Assembly (NCBI GenBank): GCA_028534125.1
Contig: CM052816.1
Coordinates: 14,758,001 to 14,822,000 of the forward strand
Length of the DNA stretch: 64,000 nucleotides
Direction of reading: 5' to 3'
From: Lama glama
Lineage: Eukaryota
The position numbers and the translations under genes were made by a program. Positions 1-14,000 of this stretch are shown piece by piece. Within the stretch, counting starts at the first letter, position 1, and each line of letters starts with the position of its first letter. The notes under the pieces are model-generated. The model searched no databases and was not told where the DNA came from. It saw only the letters and a program-made list of their open reading frames with translations.

Positions 1-3000
1 GCCGACGTGGTATGGTGGGGAGAGACTTGAACGTTTCAGGGGGCCTTCCAGACCTCCAGCTACTTCACTGAAGCAGGAGCAGAGCTCTTTGTCACTAGCA
101 CAGGGCACTACCCATAAAAGGGTATGGTCTGCAAAGGAAAGGGGTGACCTACCCCATTTTTTTTCTTGCTTCCTACACAGTTTTTGTTCTGGAGATAATT
201 GCTGTAGGACTTAGTATCCTATAACTGTGTCATTTTATGACTCTGGCCCATCACCTTTGGGACAATGTGGGAGAATGCTCATGATACAGTGTGAGGTGGG
301 GAAAGCAAGGGAAAATTATATACAATCTGTATTGCAGTTGTGTTCTGCAGAAAAAAATGCAGAAGTAAAAGGCTGAAAGGGAATATACCAGAATACTGTA
401 ACAGATTTTGTCAGGGTGCTAGATTTTTTTTTCCTTCAATTTTCTATATTGTGGTCATCTCATTTTTATAATAGGAGAGACAAAAGGGTTAAGGAAATTT
501 GCCATTGTCCAGGATGCTCTCAAAGGGGTTTCTAGAAGTATTTGGAACTAATAACGTAATCTCTTCAGAGCAGAGTGCTAATATCCAGTTGTATAGAGCA
601 GGTAACAGCACCTCTTACTTCATTCTCCAGAATGATCCTAGCTTGCTTCTCTTTGAAAAGTCAGATTATAACTTAAAAAGCCGTTTGTTCTTCTTTCAGC
701 TCCCCTGGGTGAGGGAACCCGTTGTACAGCAAAAGGGTACTGGGAACCCCATGTCTGCAAGGTGGGATGGATCCTTCCTCCCCCACCCCCACCCCGATCC
801 AAAGGAATCCCTACTCTGTTTTATAAGTCAGTGATTTTTTTTCTTTGGAATCTATTAGATTACATGATAAGACACTTTCCTGCCTTTCTGTCTGTATGTG
901 TTTCTTTCAAGAAAAACTGCTAAAATCCTTCCAAGAAGAATGTCCCCCTTTTCATCTTCTGCTCGTCTTGCCACTCTGCCTGCATTTTTCTTTCCAGCCA
1001 CGGGGCGAGCGCAGTTGAGCTATTTTGGCTCGGGTTCCAGATTGTGAGGTCAGAGACCAGGGATTGGAGGAGACCATCAGGTGACTTTCTGTAACAGTGA
1101 TGACGGTCCTGCCCTCATCCCCACCCCTTCTCCCCCCTTCTTCCCCACCCTTTCCTGGCTTCCACCTTAGGAACAAAGAAGGGAAAAAAACAGCAGTGTG
1201 ACGAAAGCCAGCAGCTGCATCTGCAGACTCAGGCTGGGGGCTGGGTGTTTATTCCATCTGTTCTCTCTGTTTATGCTTTTACCCTGTTAGTTCCCCCTCC
1301 CAGTACCCAGAATAAAATGGAGGGTATTTCTGGGATCCTTTGTTACAGAGAACAGCTTAGAAATCTGCAGTTTACTCCATATTTAGGTGCGCGGGGGTGA
1401 GGCCCTGCAGAGATTAAAATTGCTCCCAGGGCCTAGAAAAAGATGAAGATACTTTGCCTTCTCATTCCATTTTATCCGAGAATACCTATTTTATGTCAAA
1501 CGCTGTGACAGAGGCTTATCACCTCTTCTTTCTAATTATTAAAACAATGTTACCTAATAGGCATTATCTTCATTTTATATCCAACAGATATGAAGTACAG
1601 AATTAATACATTCTTTGCTTATTAAGATCTCATAGTAAGTAAATACCAAGCCCAGGTTTCACGCCGGGTCTGTTGGGCTCAGAATCCAGCATTGCTGAAG
1701 GGAGTGGCAAGAAGGCAGGCATGTTCAGAAAAACCTGAGATGCCCACTGCTGAGGACTGTCCTGGCACTGTGCTCGTGCCCTTTGCTTTCCACCAGTGTC
1801 CTGATTTCTTCGACAAATAAATCTCAAGGGATAAAATGAGATGGAAGGGAACATATAGGTTAAAAGAGGATCTAAAAATATGTTAATCCCGTATTTGGTT
1901 GCTGATTCATTTTTTAAGAAAGAAAAAGACTTTATTCCCAGCACTTTACTTTGATGCCTTTCTCCTGCCCTCTCGCCCTCCTGTTCCCTTGTGTAAACCT
2001 GTCCTCCCTTTTTGCTGACTTGCTTGGGGCAGTGTCTGTCCTTCTAGCCCCTACCCACCCACGTCTCTGAGGCTGATCTCGTTGTTCGCACTCCCTTACT
2101 GAGTCAGCATCCTGGGTGTGCTGGGAAAGCGTCTGTGAGGAGCTCAATGAGTGTATTGTGTCTGAATGATCAAATGCTTGTGCAGTGCCCAGACTCCAAA
2201 TACTGCCTTTCTGCCACCCTTTCACACTTCTGTTTGCCCCCTTCTTCTTAACTCTCGGCACTTGGTTATTATACATTTGGATTTCTGTCTGGCTTTGTTC
2301 TTGTACATCAGGTTTCTCCATTTCTGCCAACCTGCTCCATCCTTCCTTACAGCCTGCACATCCGTGACGGTGCAGTTCTGTGGGATTTAGCACATGGGTA
2401 TTTGTTTTGGCCAGGGGGTCAGTAGTAAGAATCTGGTTACCTTTGGGCAGGAATAACAGCTGTTTACCTGGCATGTTGTAAACCTATTTTTTCCCCACAG
2501 TGGTGTGTACCTATGAATGGCTTTGAGGTGCTGAATTCTTCCCCGTGTATATCACGGCTATGAGGAGTATAAAGTAAAAATCTGCCACACGGGCAGCTTC
2601 TTACATTAGCGCATGATAGGGCCCTCTTGCTCTGTCCTCTTCCCAGAATCAAAGAGTTTGTGCAGAGCTTAATAGATGTGGCTTATTGTGTGTTGGTGAT
2701 TCCATAGCTACCTTATCCTCACAGAAAGTTTATTTCCTAGAGATCTTACTAAGTACTCCAAACTTTTGGATATGCTGAGGAGATCTAGGATTCTTCCACA
2801 AAGACCCTATTTCTTTAGAGAAAACTATAGTGGTACCAGAGTCCACTTTTTTTTTTAAAGCTTCTTTTTATGATTCTGTGCCCACATGTGTTGTATGTGC
2901 TGCCATTATCTCACTTTACGGACATTGGATAAACTCGCACATTTGTGCTGCTTCATTTAAGAAGGGGAAACCACTGGTGCCTTGCATCTGCAGGTTTTTC

Positions 3001-3754
3001 AACATGTTTCTGCTTTTTCCACCTTTCTCACATGTTCTCTTTTAGTCATCAAGTACTTGGCTTACTCAAGGAAGCTGTTGCATGAGATTATGGAGGGTGT
3101 TGCGTTTAGCACAGGAACAAACGCCGCAGGCTGCGTCTTGGGCAGAGCAGGTGGTGCGTGGTCCTGAGTCAGTGAGCGAGAATTAGGGATAGGTGGAGTT
3201 GCTTTATAGCTCAGCCTGAATCTTTCAGCCCTTCAGGTATAACTGGCTTTAGAGCTGTGTTCTCAGCGGTATTTTCCCAGAGTCCTTTTTTCCTACCCCA
3301 CTTGGTCACTCCCACCTGCGATTCTAAGGAACTTGGTTGCCAGGATGTCTGGCAACTCCCCACTCCTCCGTTTCCTGTTTGTGGTCTTCATTGAGAGAAG
3401 CCTGCAACAGGAATTCCTGGGGAAGTGATGGCTATAGCTGTGGGGTCCGGGGTCCATTAGCTCATTCTGAAGTTGGGGAATACTGTGCTGAGACAGACCT
3501 CCCTTCCTTGGAAACTGTTACTAATCATAACCAAAACATAACTGGGACTCAGCCTGCTGATTTTGTGCTTTGACTCTGCTCTGCCTTTAGAAACTGAGAA
3601 TTATTTTCCATTCTTATGCCTCAGTTTTTATTCTCTGAATTTTAGAATTCAACCTAGGTATCAAGATTCATGGCAAAATTAGCTTGGACTCTGTAGAATT
3701 GATTCTTTTGACATATGCAAAAATAGTGAGGAAAGAAAAATAGGGTCCCTCTGT

Positions 3755-3773
3755 TGGACAGCAGGGGGCGCCC
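3755..3773 (+). promoter_or_regulatory. CTCF motif
   Basis: TGGACAGCAGGGGGCGCCC, a close match to the core CCASYAGRKGGCRS. Confidence 0.7.
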
Positions 3774-4337
3774 TTTCCCTTTGCTTTAGTGCCTGGCACT
3801 CCCTGCTGCATTCAGCCATTTTAGACAGATTGTTTTTGCTCCCAGCTAACTCCATTTTGTGTTTGTGACGCAGGAAAAAAAAGAAAATTCAGCAAGGGAG
3901 GAGTCTGACTGGGGGAGGGAGTGAGACAGGCTGAGGCAGGGCTACAGATCTTTACTCAGCACTTGTTCATCAGGGACTCACCTTGCTGCAGGCTGCCTGC
4001 ATCCTGAGCAATAGATGCAGCAAGTCCCTGCCAGTCGAGCGAAGAACAAAGTGATGCCTGGCTAATATGGGATACCTGCTAACCTTGACGGGGTTCTGGT
4101 TTTGAGACAACAAGCAGTACATTCCCTGTCTCATCAAGAATCTAAGCCTGGGTTTAAGTGGTTTTTACTGCAGAGATGTTTAGGTTGGTTTTCTCAAAGA
4201 ATCAGCTAAGAAGAAATGGTATCTTTTTCACTTAGTTGTCTGAGAGGAATCAGATGCCCTATTGATGCTAGGGAAACAACCTGACTTAAAAAAATTATTT
4301 ATGAAAATGTGAAAAAAAATCCACAGAGTTATATAAT

Positions 4338-4340
4338 ACA

Positions 4341-4402
<62 letters not shown>
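4338..4402. repeat. Compound (CA)n(GA)n microsatellite
   Basis: Read directly from the sequence. Confidence 0.95.
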
Positions 4403-4405
<3 letters not shown>

Positions 4406-6362
4406 GTATGAATACCTATGTCTGCATCACGCAGTTTAAAAACTTAACCCATAGCCAGTCTTGTTTCATCTACCTGTATCAGCCTCCTCCTGGCCACCCC
4501 AGTTAAAGTATATGCTCATTAGTCATATCATTTAATCCTTAAGTTGTTCAGAATGTGTATCAAAAAATAAGAATGTTTTTTAAAAAAGGAATTGTATTAT
4601 CACATCTAAAAAATTCTTTAGTATCATCACATATCCAGTCAGTGTTTGTTTCTCAAATTATCTTAAGATAATTTTTTTAAGTTTGTTCATCTGAATCAGA
4701 GCTAAAGTCTATACATTGCAATGGGTTGATGTCTCTGTAAGTTCCCTCTCCAGCTTGCCCTGTTTCTCTCTTATTTCTTTATCTTGCATTTTGTGTATAG
4801 ACTTAATTTCTTTAGAAAAGAGGGAGAATCTCTCAGATTGGGACTGAGAAGATTCAGAGTCAGACTTCTCTTCTTCACACAGCAGAGCCTCCCACCTTTG
4901 AGATTTCCCCCGAGGTGATGGGAGAAGAAGTGAAGGGGCAATGCTCTGCAACCTTCAGAGGGAGTAGAGGCTGGAGTCTTTTACTAGGAGAGTGGCCTGT
5001 TTATCCTAACGTGATAGCCTGTTATCTACATAAAGTCTTTAGAAAAGTTTGCAGCTTGCTCTCAGCAGAGGTCATGGTCAAAGTGGACAGTGCTCTTTCC
5101 TGGGAACTAAAGGAGAGGTTTTAAGCTTTGGGATACCGAATTTATCTGCTCTGTAATAGCTGCATCCCCAGGGTAATTCTAGATCCTCAGCTTTATCTCC
5201 CAGACACTTTTTTTTACTTCAGTGGCAGCCTTTTTCCCTGGTTAGATTTAATTAGTCAGTAACACTTCATACACCGTTTTACAGAAAGGAAAAATATGTT
5301 GTGTTGGGGATGGGGACATGTGAAAATTCTTTCATGGCTTCAGGATTTTAACATCTCCACTCTTCTCCATGACCTTGCTGGAGATAACCCTAGAGACAGA
5401 CTCAGATACAGATGATGAGATGAAAACTGTCGATGCTCTTTCTCCCCTTTCGGAAATGGGTCAGTGACTCTGACTTTTAGCAGCCACAGCAGGCAGTCTA
5501 TTCCCTTGTTCTGGGGGAGAGCACAGGTTACAGAAGGGAAGTTGTAGGGGCTGACTTCTTGGCAAGGCTGGCAGGACAGTCATAAAGTTGGGTCCTTGGA
5601 GACTAGGTTGGCCGTGTGCCTAGTTTGGAAGCTGTAGTTCCCATTAGCTGAAGTGCTTAGAATCTTCTAAAGAGGTCAAGGTTGCAGCAGCTAGAAACAT
5701 ACCCTGGTACTGACGTAGTTTTTTTTTTTTTTTTTAAGCCAGAGTCAGTTGAGTGATAAGGGTCTCTTTTCTCCTCTTGTCAGCAAAGAATCACAGCTAT
5801 TTGCAAATAAGACTCTCCTTCCCTCACTGCTCAAGTGCTGTCTGTATTCACTTCTGTTTTTGACCCTTATGAATTTCACACAATTCTTTAAACTGAAATT
5901 ACTCAGCCCTTGATGTCACTTTTAGTTCAGATGTGGTATGAGGCCTTTGTTCTGGGCTTCCATCCTTGCTCTGGTAAAAGTGAGGGCTGGAATCATTGAT
6001 AAAGGTATATGTGAAGTACTTTAATACTTGTATGCTAAATTAACGCATCATTCCTATAACAAGGCTGGGAAGGATGCTAACTGGAGTATCCTAAGGGGTC
6101 TACATTTTGACTCTTTATCTTTACTGCTGATTGTCAGTGGGATCCCTACTTCTGCCAGTATTAAAGCTGAACCAGGGCCAGCTGTCCAAGGATGTGAAAA
6201 CATTATAGGTGGTGTTCAGACCTATGCCTGTCTTGCCTTTCTCATAGTTCCCTGACGAATGATAGTTTTAAACATAGACACATAGCTACATTATCTCACT
6301 ATGTTAACAAATCAAACTATCTTAATTTATCCATCTTCCCTTCTAGTCTTTGCTTATGCTAT

Positions 6363-6388
6363 ACACACACACACACACACACACACAC
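6363..6388. repeat. (AC)n microsatellite
   Basis: Read directly from the sequence. Confidence 0.9.
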
Positions 6389-7745
6389 GTTTATGTTGTA
6401 ATCAGAAGTGTGTGTGTGTCTTCTTTATTTCGAGTTGAAGTGTACAAGTCGTATGTATTTGGGTCAATGAATTTTCACAAAAATTAAAAATGAAACTTAC
6501 ATCCATGTAATCAACACCCAGATAAAAAAACAGAACATTCCTAAGACCTGGAAAGTCCTCATACCCACTTCCAGTTACAACTGATCCCTTACTCATCCCA
6601 CCCTGACTCATAGAATAACCACTGTCCTGACTTCACACAGCGTAGATTCCTTTTACCTGGCTCTTGTCATCCACAACCTATTTACTTGTTTACTCACTCC
6701 TACAGTATTCATTAAGTGACTTCAGAATTGCTAACTCACACCATTTTGAAACAGATCTAACCAGAGTTCAGTATTTGTTTATACCAAGCCTCATGGATTC
6801 TTTTTATTAAATAATTCTTAAATTCATCTATTTCTGTCTCCATCTCTACTATAACCTTAGGCCATGCCTTATTTCTTCCCTGAGTATTAAACCTCTCTTT
6901 AAAAAAAGAATTTATCATTCTGTATTGTATGGTAATAAAATACTATGCTTTTGCCTTTTTTAAAAAATAAATTGAAGATTTTATCTGTTGCCTCCCTACT
7001 ATGAAAATGAGAATTTGATTTCTATTCTTTTCTCTACTCCAAACTATCATTGTCTAATTTTTAGATCTTCTTTCCATGTTTAAACTTTTATTGTTGAATA
7101 CAATAAAAACATAGAAAGCTACATAAAACAGACATGCAGGTTAGTGAACTATTGTAAGGCCAGTACCCTTGAAACTCTCTGTGTCAGGAGACAGAAACTT
7201 CCCAGGGGGCCCCTAGGAACATCCATGTGCCTCTTCCCCTCTAAAAGAAACCATAATCCTGACTTAAGGTTTTGGTAATTTCATTTTTTTTAAGTTTTAT
7301 ATTCCTAAATACTATAGTTTAGTTTTACCTGTGTTTTTAAATGTCTTCTTTGTCTCTTAAATCCATTGATTTTTCTTCTTTCTCCTTTTTTTTTCCTTGA
7401 AATTCATTTCTTGTGATAACTGTATCATTTGTTGTCTGGAGTTCCCCATATCAATTTTGTGATTGCATTCCCATAGTGTACTGTGGAGTTTTCTGTCTTC
7501 TGTATTTGCTGTAAATTGGTATTTGGATCTAGAGGTTTAATCAGAACCAGGCTCCATTTGTCTTTCACCAAGACTTCTTCATAAATAGGTATTAGATTCC
7601 TTTTCAGAAGATGGATAATATGTAGCTGTCCTTTCTGTGATGTTAGCTGCTATTGATTCTTAGTGCATAGATCTGTTAGTTCTAATTAGGGTTGCAAAAT
7701 GGTACAATTCCAAACAAAAGGAATTTCTTATATATTCTAGATATT

Positions 7746-7923
7746 TTTTAATAAGATATTTTAAAATTTTTATGTATTTTTATTTTGGGGGAGGGAGGTA
7801 ATTAGGTTTATTTATTTATTAGTTAATTAAATAATTTATTTAAATGGAGGTACTGGAGGTTGAACCCAGAACCTCATGCAATCTAAGCATGCACTCTACC
7901 ACTGAGCTGTGCCCTCCCCACTC
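7746..7923 (-). mobile_element. tRNA-derived SINE (same family) with TSD
   Basis: Reverse complement reads ggggagggcacagctcagtggtagagtgcatgcttag...gggttcaacctccagtacctcc. TSD tatattctagatatt at 7731-7745 and 7924-7938. Confidence 0.85.
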
Positions 7924-9255
7924 TATATTCTAGATATTAATCTTTTGTCTGTTATGTGTATCACAAACACCTTCCCTGACTCTGTGGCTTTTCATGTTTT
8001 TTTGTTTGTTTTTACAGTTTCTTAATGAACAGAAGTTCTTTACGTAAAGTGCATAGTTTACCAGTCTTTTCCTTTATGGCTAATGCATGTTGGGTCTTGT
8101 TTAAGAAATCCTTTGGTCATCAAGAAAATTAATTGTATAATTTTTCCTTTCACATTAAGGTTTTTCATTGACGTGTAGTTGATTTATTTGCATATGCATA
8201 CGAATTCTTCGCATCATATGGACGTGTAGTTCCAGTCCCATTTACTGGGGAGTCGGACGCGCCCAGTCTGTTACTCTTTTATGCCTGGGTCTGTTTTCTG
8301 GACTTTGCTCTCCTTGTTGCTCATTTTGCCTATCCCAATGCCTGAACCACATGGTCAGGATTATTACAGTTTTATAAAATGCATTGATCTCCTATCTTTT
8401 GCTGCTTTTCCAGGAATGTCCTAGCTCTTCTTCTTTGTATTTCCACAGAAATTTTAGAGTCAGCTTGTCAGTGTAAAAAAAGAAACTTTTTGGAATTTTT
8501 ATTCTACTGACCCTATATGACTGACTGACAATCTGGGAAGAATTGACATCTTGTTACCAAGTTTTTTAATCTTTAAATTCTTTAATCTTTAAATCTATAT
8601 TCACTTACTTGTCATTTTTAATGTTTTTCAGTAAACCTATTGTTTCTCCATAGAGGTCTTACACAATTTTATTACATTTATTCCTAGATACTTCATATTT
8701 TTATTAATTTTAAAGCTCTTTATTTATAGATTCTTTTCGATTTTTTTATATTGATAATCATCATCTTCAAGTGAAAGTGTTATTTCTTCCTTTCTAATCC
8801 TTAGAATTTTTTTTTTTCTTGTCTGACCTCCAGCCACTGTTGTTGAATGAAGTGGTAATGATGAATATTCTTCTCTTGCTCCTAATCTTAAAGGGAAAGT
8901 TTTGAACATTTACCTTTTAAGTGTGGTTTTTGCCTTCAGCTTTTGGTAAACACTCTTTGTCATATTAAGGAAGTTCTCTTCTATTCCTACTTTGCTAAGA
9001 GTGTTTATCGTGAATGGGTACTGAATTTGATCAAATGCTTTTTTTGTACTATTTAGATTATCATATAATTTTTCTCCTTCAGTCTAATTGTGGTGAAGCA
9101 TAATAATTGGCTATTGTTACACTAATCTTACATTCCTAATATAAATCCAATTTTGGCATGTTTTATTATCCTTTTTACTTCATATTGCTTAATTCAGTTT
9201 GCTAGTATTTTAAGAATTTTGTGCCTATGTTTATGAATAAAAGTAACCTATGATT

Positions 9256-9409
9256 AGGGGGAGAGTATAGCTCAGTGGTTGAGTGCCTGCCTAGGATGCA
9301 CAAGGTCCTGGGTTCAATCCCCAATACCTCCAATAAAATAAATAAATCTAATTACCTACCCTCAAAAAATAAAACCAAAAAAGCAGAAGAGAAGAGAATT
9401 AAAAAAAGA
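9256..9409 (+). mobile_element. tRNA-derived SINE (camelid vic-1-like) with TSD
   Basis: ggggagagtatagctcagtggttgagtg (A box) ... ggttcaatccc (B box) and an A-rich tail. Flanking 17-bp repeat aaaagtaa(c/t)ctatgatt at 9239-9255 and 9410-9426. Confidence 0.85.
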
Positions 9410-10097
9410 AAAAGTAATCTATGATTTTTTTTTGTTCTTTCACATTTTGCTATTAAGATTATGCTAGCTTCATAGTGTGAATATTTCCTTTTTCTATACT
9501 ATGGAAGAATTTTTGCATAAGATTAGAGGAATTATTTATTCCTTGACTGTTTGAAATAATTGGCTGGCAAAGTCATATGGGTCTCTCCTAGGAAATACTG
9601 ACTACCAGTTTAATGTCTTTCATAGTTACAGGGCCTGTTCAGGTTTTCTCTTGTTGAGTTAGTTTTGGTAAATTACCTTTTTCTAGAACGTTTTCCATTT
9701 CATCTAAGTTCTCGCATATTTTGTATGAAATTATTCATTTTAATGTGTGAAGCATATTTAGTTCAGTCCTGTTTTTTGTTCCCTACAATGTTTACTTATG
9801 CCTTATCTTTCTCATTTTAAAATACTGATCAGTCTCACCAGAGGTTTTTTTAATTTACTAGTCTTAAAAAAAAAAACTATTGGCTTTGTTAATCTGTTAT
9901 AGATCATTCATTTCTTTTATCTGTATTTTCTTTTAAAATTTTTCTTTACGGTTTATTTTATTGTTCTTATTCTAATTTCTTGAAATGGGTAGTTACCACA
10001 TTCGTTTTCAGGCTTTTTTTTTTCACGTATGCATTTGAGACTGTAAGTTTCTGTTTAAATTACTGTTTTAGGTGCAGCCCTTAAGTTTTGAAGGAAG

Positions 10098-10480
10098 TGC
10101 GCTGGCTTATTAGGGCTGCCAGAATGCACCTCAGACTGGGTGGCTTAAGCAGCAGAAATTTATTTCTCACAGGTCTGGAGGCTAGAAGCCCTAGATTGAG
10201 GTGTCAGCAGGTCTGGTTCCCTCTGAGGTATTTTCTCTTGGGTTGCTCATGTTGCCTTCTCACTGTGTCCTCGCGTGGTCTTCTCCTACGTGCGTGCGTT
10301 CCTGGTGTCTCCTTGTGTGTCAGATGCCAGTCAGACTGATCAGGGCCCACCCTGATAGCCTCCTTTTTACTTGGTCACCTCTTTAAAGACCCTGTCCCAA
10401 GAAGAGTCATATTCTGAAGCATGGTGAGGGTTAGGGCTTCAACATATTAATTTGGGAGGAACATAAGTCAGTCCATTACA
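10098..10480. mobile_element. MaLR (MLT1-type) solo LTR
   Basis: TG...CA ends with motif agactgggtggcttaagcagcagaaatttatttctcacag. Flanked by AGGAAG at 10092-10097 and 10481-10486. Confidence 0.75.
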
Positions 10481-10573
10481 AGGAAGCATTTTTATTATTC
10501 AGTCCAATGAACTTAGATTTTCATTATGATTTCTTTTTGTGGGCTTTTAGAAATGCTTTATTTCCAAATAGAA

Positions 10574-11053
10574 TGTATTAATTTCCTATTGCTGCTATAA
10601 CAAATTACCACAGATTTAGTGACTTAAAAGAATACAAATTTATTTGGAGGCCACAGTCCTAATATCAAGGTTTTGACAGAACTCTGTGTTTCCTCTGGAG
10701 GCTCTAGGAAAGAGTCCATTTCCTTGCATTTTCCAGCTTTTAAAGGCTGCCTGCATTCCTTGAATTAGGGCCTCTTCTCCATCTTCAAAGTTAGCAGCAT
10801 AGCATCTTCACCTCTCTCTCTCTTTCTCTCCTCTGTTTCTGTCATCATGTCTCTTCTCTGGCTGTGACCCTCCCACCTCCCTCTTATAAGGATATTTATA
10901 AGGGGCCAACCAGGTAATCCAGAATAATCAAGATCTTCAACTTTATCGTACAGTTTTGTGTGCAGTGTGCTTTTTGTATGTAAGGTTGATCTTAATAGTT
11001 GCTAAGAATTAGGACGTGAATATCTTTGGGGAACCATTATTCTGTCTACCACA
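10574..11053. mobile_element. MaLR (MLT1-type) solo LTR
   Basis: tgtattaatttcctattgctgctataacaaattaccaca ... ccattattctgtctaccaca. Confidence 0.75.
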
Positions 11054-14000
11054 GTAAGTTCTCGGGTTTTTAAAAAATACCTTACTAATTTCTAGCTGTT
11101 TGCATTTTGGTCAGTGCTCTTGTGATTTCAGTCTTAAGAGATTTGTAGAGTTTTCCTTTATGACCCTGAATATTGTTAAATACTGTAAATGTGCTTTATG
11201 GACTTGAATGCATGTATGTGGTCATCAGTTGCATGAAGTGTTCTGTGTATCTCCATTAGTTCCTGTTTGTTGTGTTGCTTAAATTTTCTTTATCTTTACT
11301 TTTTGTTTGCTTATTTTATCACTTACTGAGAGAAATGGTTAAAACATCTCACTTTGTAGATTTAGCATTATAATTCTGTCAGCTTTTGCTTTGTTTTTTC
11401 TTTTAATTTTTTATATCAACATTTCAGACTTACAGAAAAGTTGCTAGAATAATACAAAAAATTTCCTGCACATAGTTCACTATGTTCCTGAGATGTTAAC
11501 GTTTAACCATATTTGCCTTATCCTTCTGTCTCCGTGTGTTTATCAGTTTTTTCTGAAGCATGCACACCTGATGCCTCTTTATCCTTCAGTTTGCATTTCC
11601 TAATAGGTCCATAATGAAATAACAAAAATAGGAAATTAACATTAATGTAATACTGTTATTTAACCTGATGTTTAAATTTTCCCCGTTGTCACAGGGATAC
11701 CCTTTACAGAAAAAATACTGGAGCATGCATTGCATTTTAATTGTCCTTTAATCTTCTTTAATTGGGAATAATTCCTTTTATGGTCACCTGCAAAGACAGA
11801 TGGACCTCTGCGTAAAATTTGAGTTGGATTTCAAGAATGATGACCCCCACTACACATACCAGGAGAGTTTGAAAAGTTTTATTAACTTACATAATTGAGG
11901 TCTCTGGGAAGAACAGGACAGTCCTCTCAAGCAGGTTTGAAATGACTTGAAAGGGCAAGGAAAGGAGCCTGGCCTGGGTTTTTAGTGTGCTTCGGGCTAG
12001 GGCCAGACTGGGATTCCTGCACAAGAACCTTGTGTAGTTGGAAACGCCACTCGCACCATGGAGGAAGCACTGAGGCTTCTGTGTTTGCCCAGATGAGGGG
12101 CACAAGGGGAAGTGGGAGAGGTGAGGCTTAACAGCTGTCAACAGTTGGACAAAAAATGGAATCAGACTCCTCATTATAGGTCCTCGCTCTTTATCTTTCG
12201 TGACCTTGGCATTTTTGAAGCGTATAAACGAGTTAACTTGTCTCCCAGCTTGTGTTTGTCTATTGTGTGCTCATGATTAGATGATCACTTTGGGACATTT
12301 ATGTGTCTTAATATATAAATATACATTGTTATTAGGTGCATACAAGTTCAAAATTCTTATATTTTCCTGATGAACTGAATTTTTTATTACAATGTGTCCC
12401 TGTTTATCTTCTTAATGCTTTTTGTTGCCTGAAAGAATATTTTGTCTATATTAATGTAACTTCATCAACTTTCTTTTGGTTAGAATTTGCCTGATGAAAG
12501 TTCATACTTTTCACCCTTTCTCTGTACTTATTCTAGATATTTATCTCTTATAAATATAGCATATACTTAGACTCTTTTTTAAAAAATCTAGTTGACAATA
12601 TTGATCTTAAGTGGAATATATAGTCTGTCTGCATTTAAAATAATTACTGAAATATTTGGATTTAAATTTACCATCTTATTTTGTGTTTTCTGTTTGACTC
12701 CTCTGTTGTATGTAATATGCTAATCTCATTCTGTTCAAAATATTTTCTAATTTCTTTTGTGATTTCTTATATGGCTCCAGAGTTACTTGGATATTATTCA
12801 ATATCTAAATAATTGGGAACTTTATCTTTTTACTGATTTCCAACTTAATACTGTTGTGGTCAGAGGAAATATTTAGAGTGATTTCTGTCCTTTGAAATTT
12901 GTTGGTTTGCCCAGCATGTGGTAATTTTTGGTAAATGTGCTATGTACATATGAAGAAAAGTAATTGTTGTTGCTGGCTGCATTGTTCTAATATATCAATT
13001 AGGTCTAGTTTGTTGGATGTGTTCAGATTTTTCCATATCCTCTCCAAGTTTTTGTCTGCTTGTTTTATTAGTTACTATACAAGGGTGTTAATTCTTCCAC
13101 TGTAGTTATGGATTTGCCCTTTTCTTCTTTTAGTTTGGTCTATTTTACTTTGTATATTTTGAAACTAAATTGTTGGATGTATTTGCATTTATGATTGTCA
13201 TCTCTTCCTTGTGGATTGGCCCTTTATCACTATGAAAGGTGTCTGTTCGAGATAGTAGCATTATTAGAGATAAAATCTTTATCTGATACTGGTAATAGCT
13301 ACAGCAGCTCTCTTTTGGTTAGTATGTCGTCTTCCACTATTGTAGCCAAACATTTCTGTGTCTTTAAGGTGTGTTTTTTGTAAGCAGTACATTTTTAGCA
13401 TGTGTGTTTTTGTAAATCCAGTCTGATCTTATTCTTTTCAGTGCAAAGTATTTAATCCACTTGAATTGATATATACCATATTGCTATTTGTTTTGTTTGA
13501 TTTTTCCAATTTACATCCTTTTCTCTGATTCATTTAAAACTTCATTATTTCACATTTCCCCTATTCTTAGTTACACTTTTTTTTAACTGTCCTTTTAGTG
13601 GGTACCTTGAAAATTACACCATATGTGCTCAACTTACTACAATCTAATACAAATTATAACTTTTACCACCTTCCAGATACTAAAACAAACAACATTTAAA
13701 TACTATTCACTATCTATCTTTTTTTGAATTATTGATGTCATTTGTTTTGATTCTGCATATCTTTTAAATCCCACAAACATTTTAACTTTTATTTTATAAT
13801 ATCAGTACCTGCATTTCGGTATTTCCTTTTGGGATAATTTTTCTTTTACCTGAATGAATATTCCCTTTACTATTTATTTTAGTTCAGGTCTACTGGTGAT
13901 AAGTTCTGCCTTTTTGTCTAGATATATCTTTATTTCACCTATATTTTTGAAGGACTTTTTTGTTTTCCCTTAAAAAAAAAACTACACTGTGTCAGTGTTT

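Noticed and set aside
1932..2474. 180-aa minus-strand ORF in the DIAPH1 intron
   Set aside because: No recognisable homology and no clear splice or codon signal; treated as a chance ORF.
9257..9330. tRNA-like sequence
   Set aside because: It has an A-rich tail, a TSD and a second diverged copy nearby, so it is a SINE head rather than a tRNA gene.
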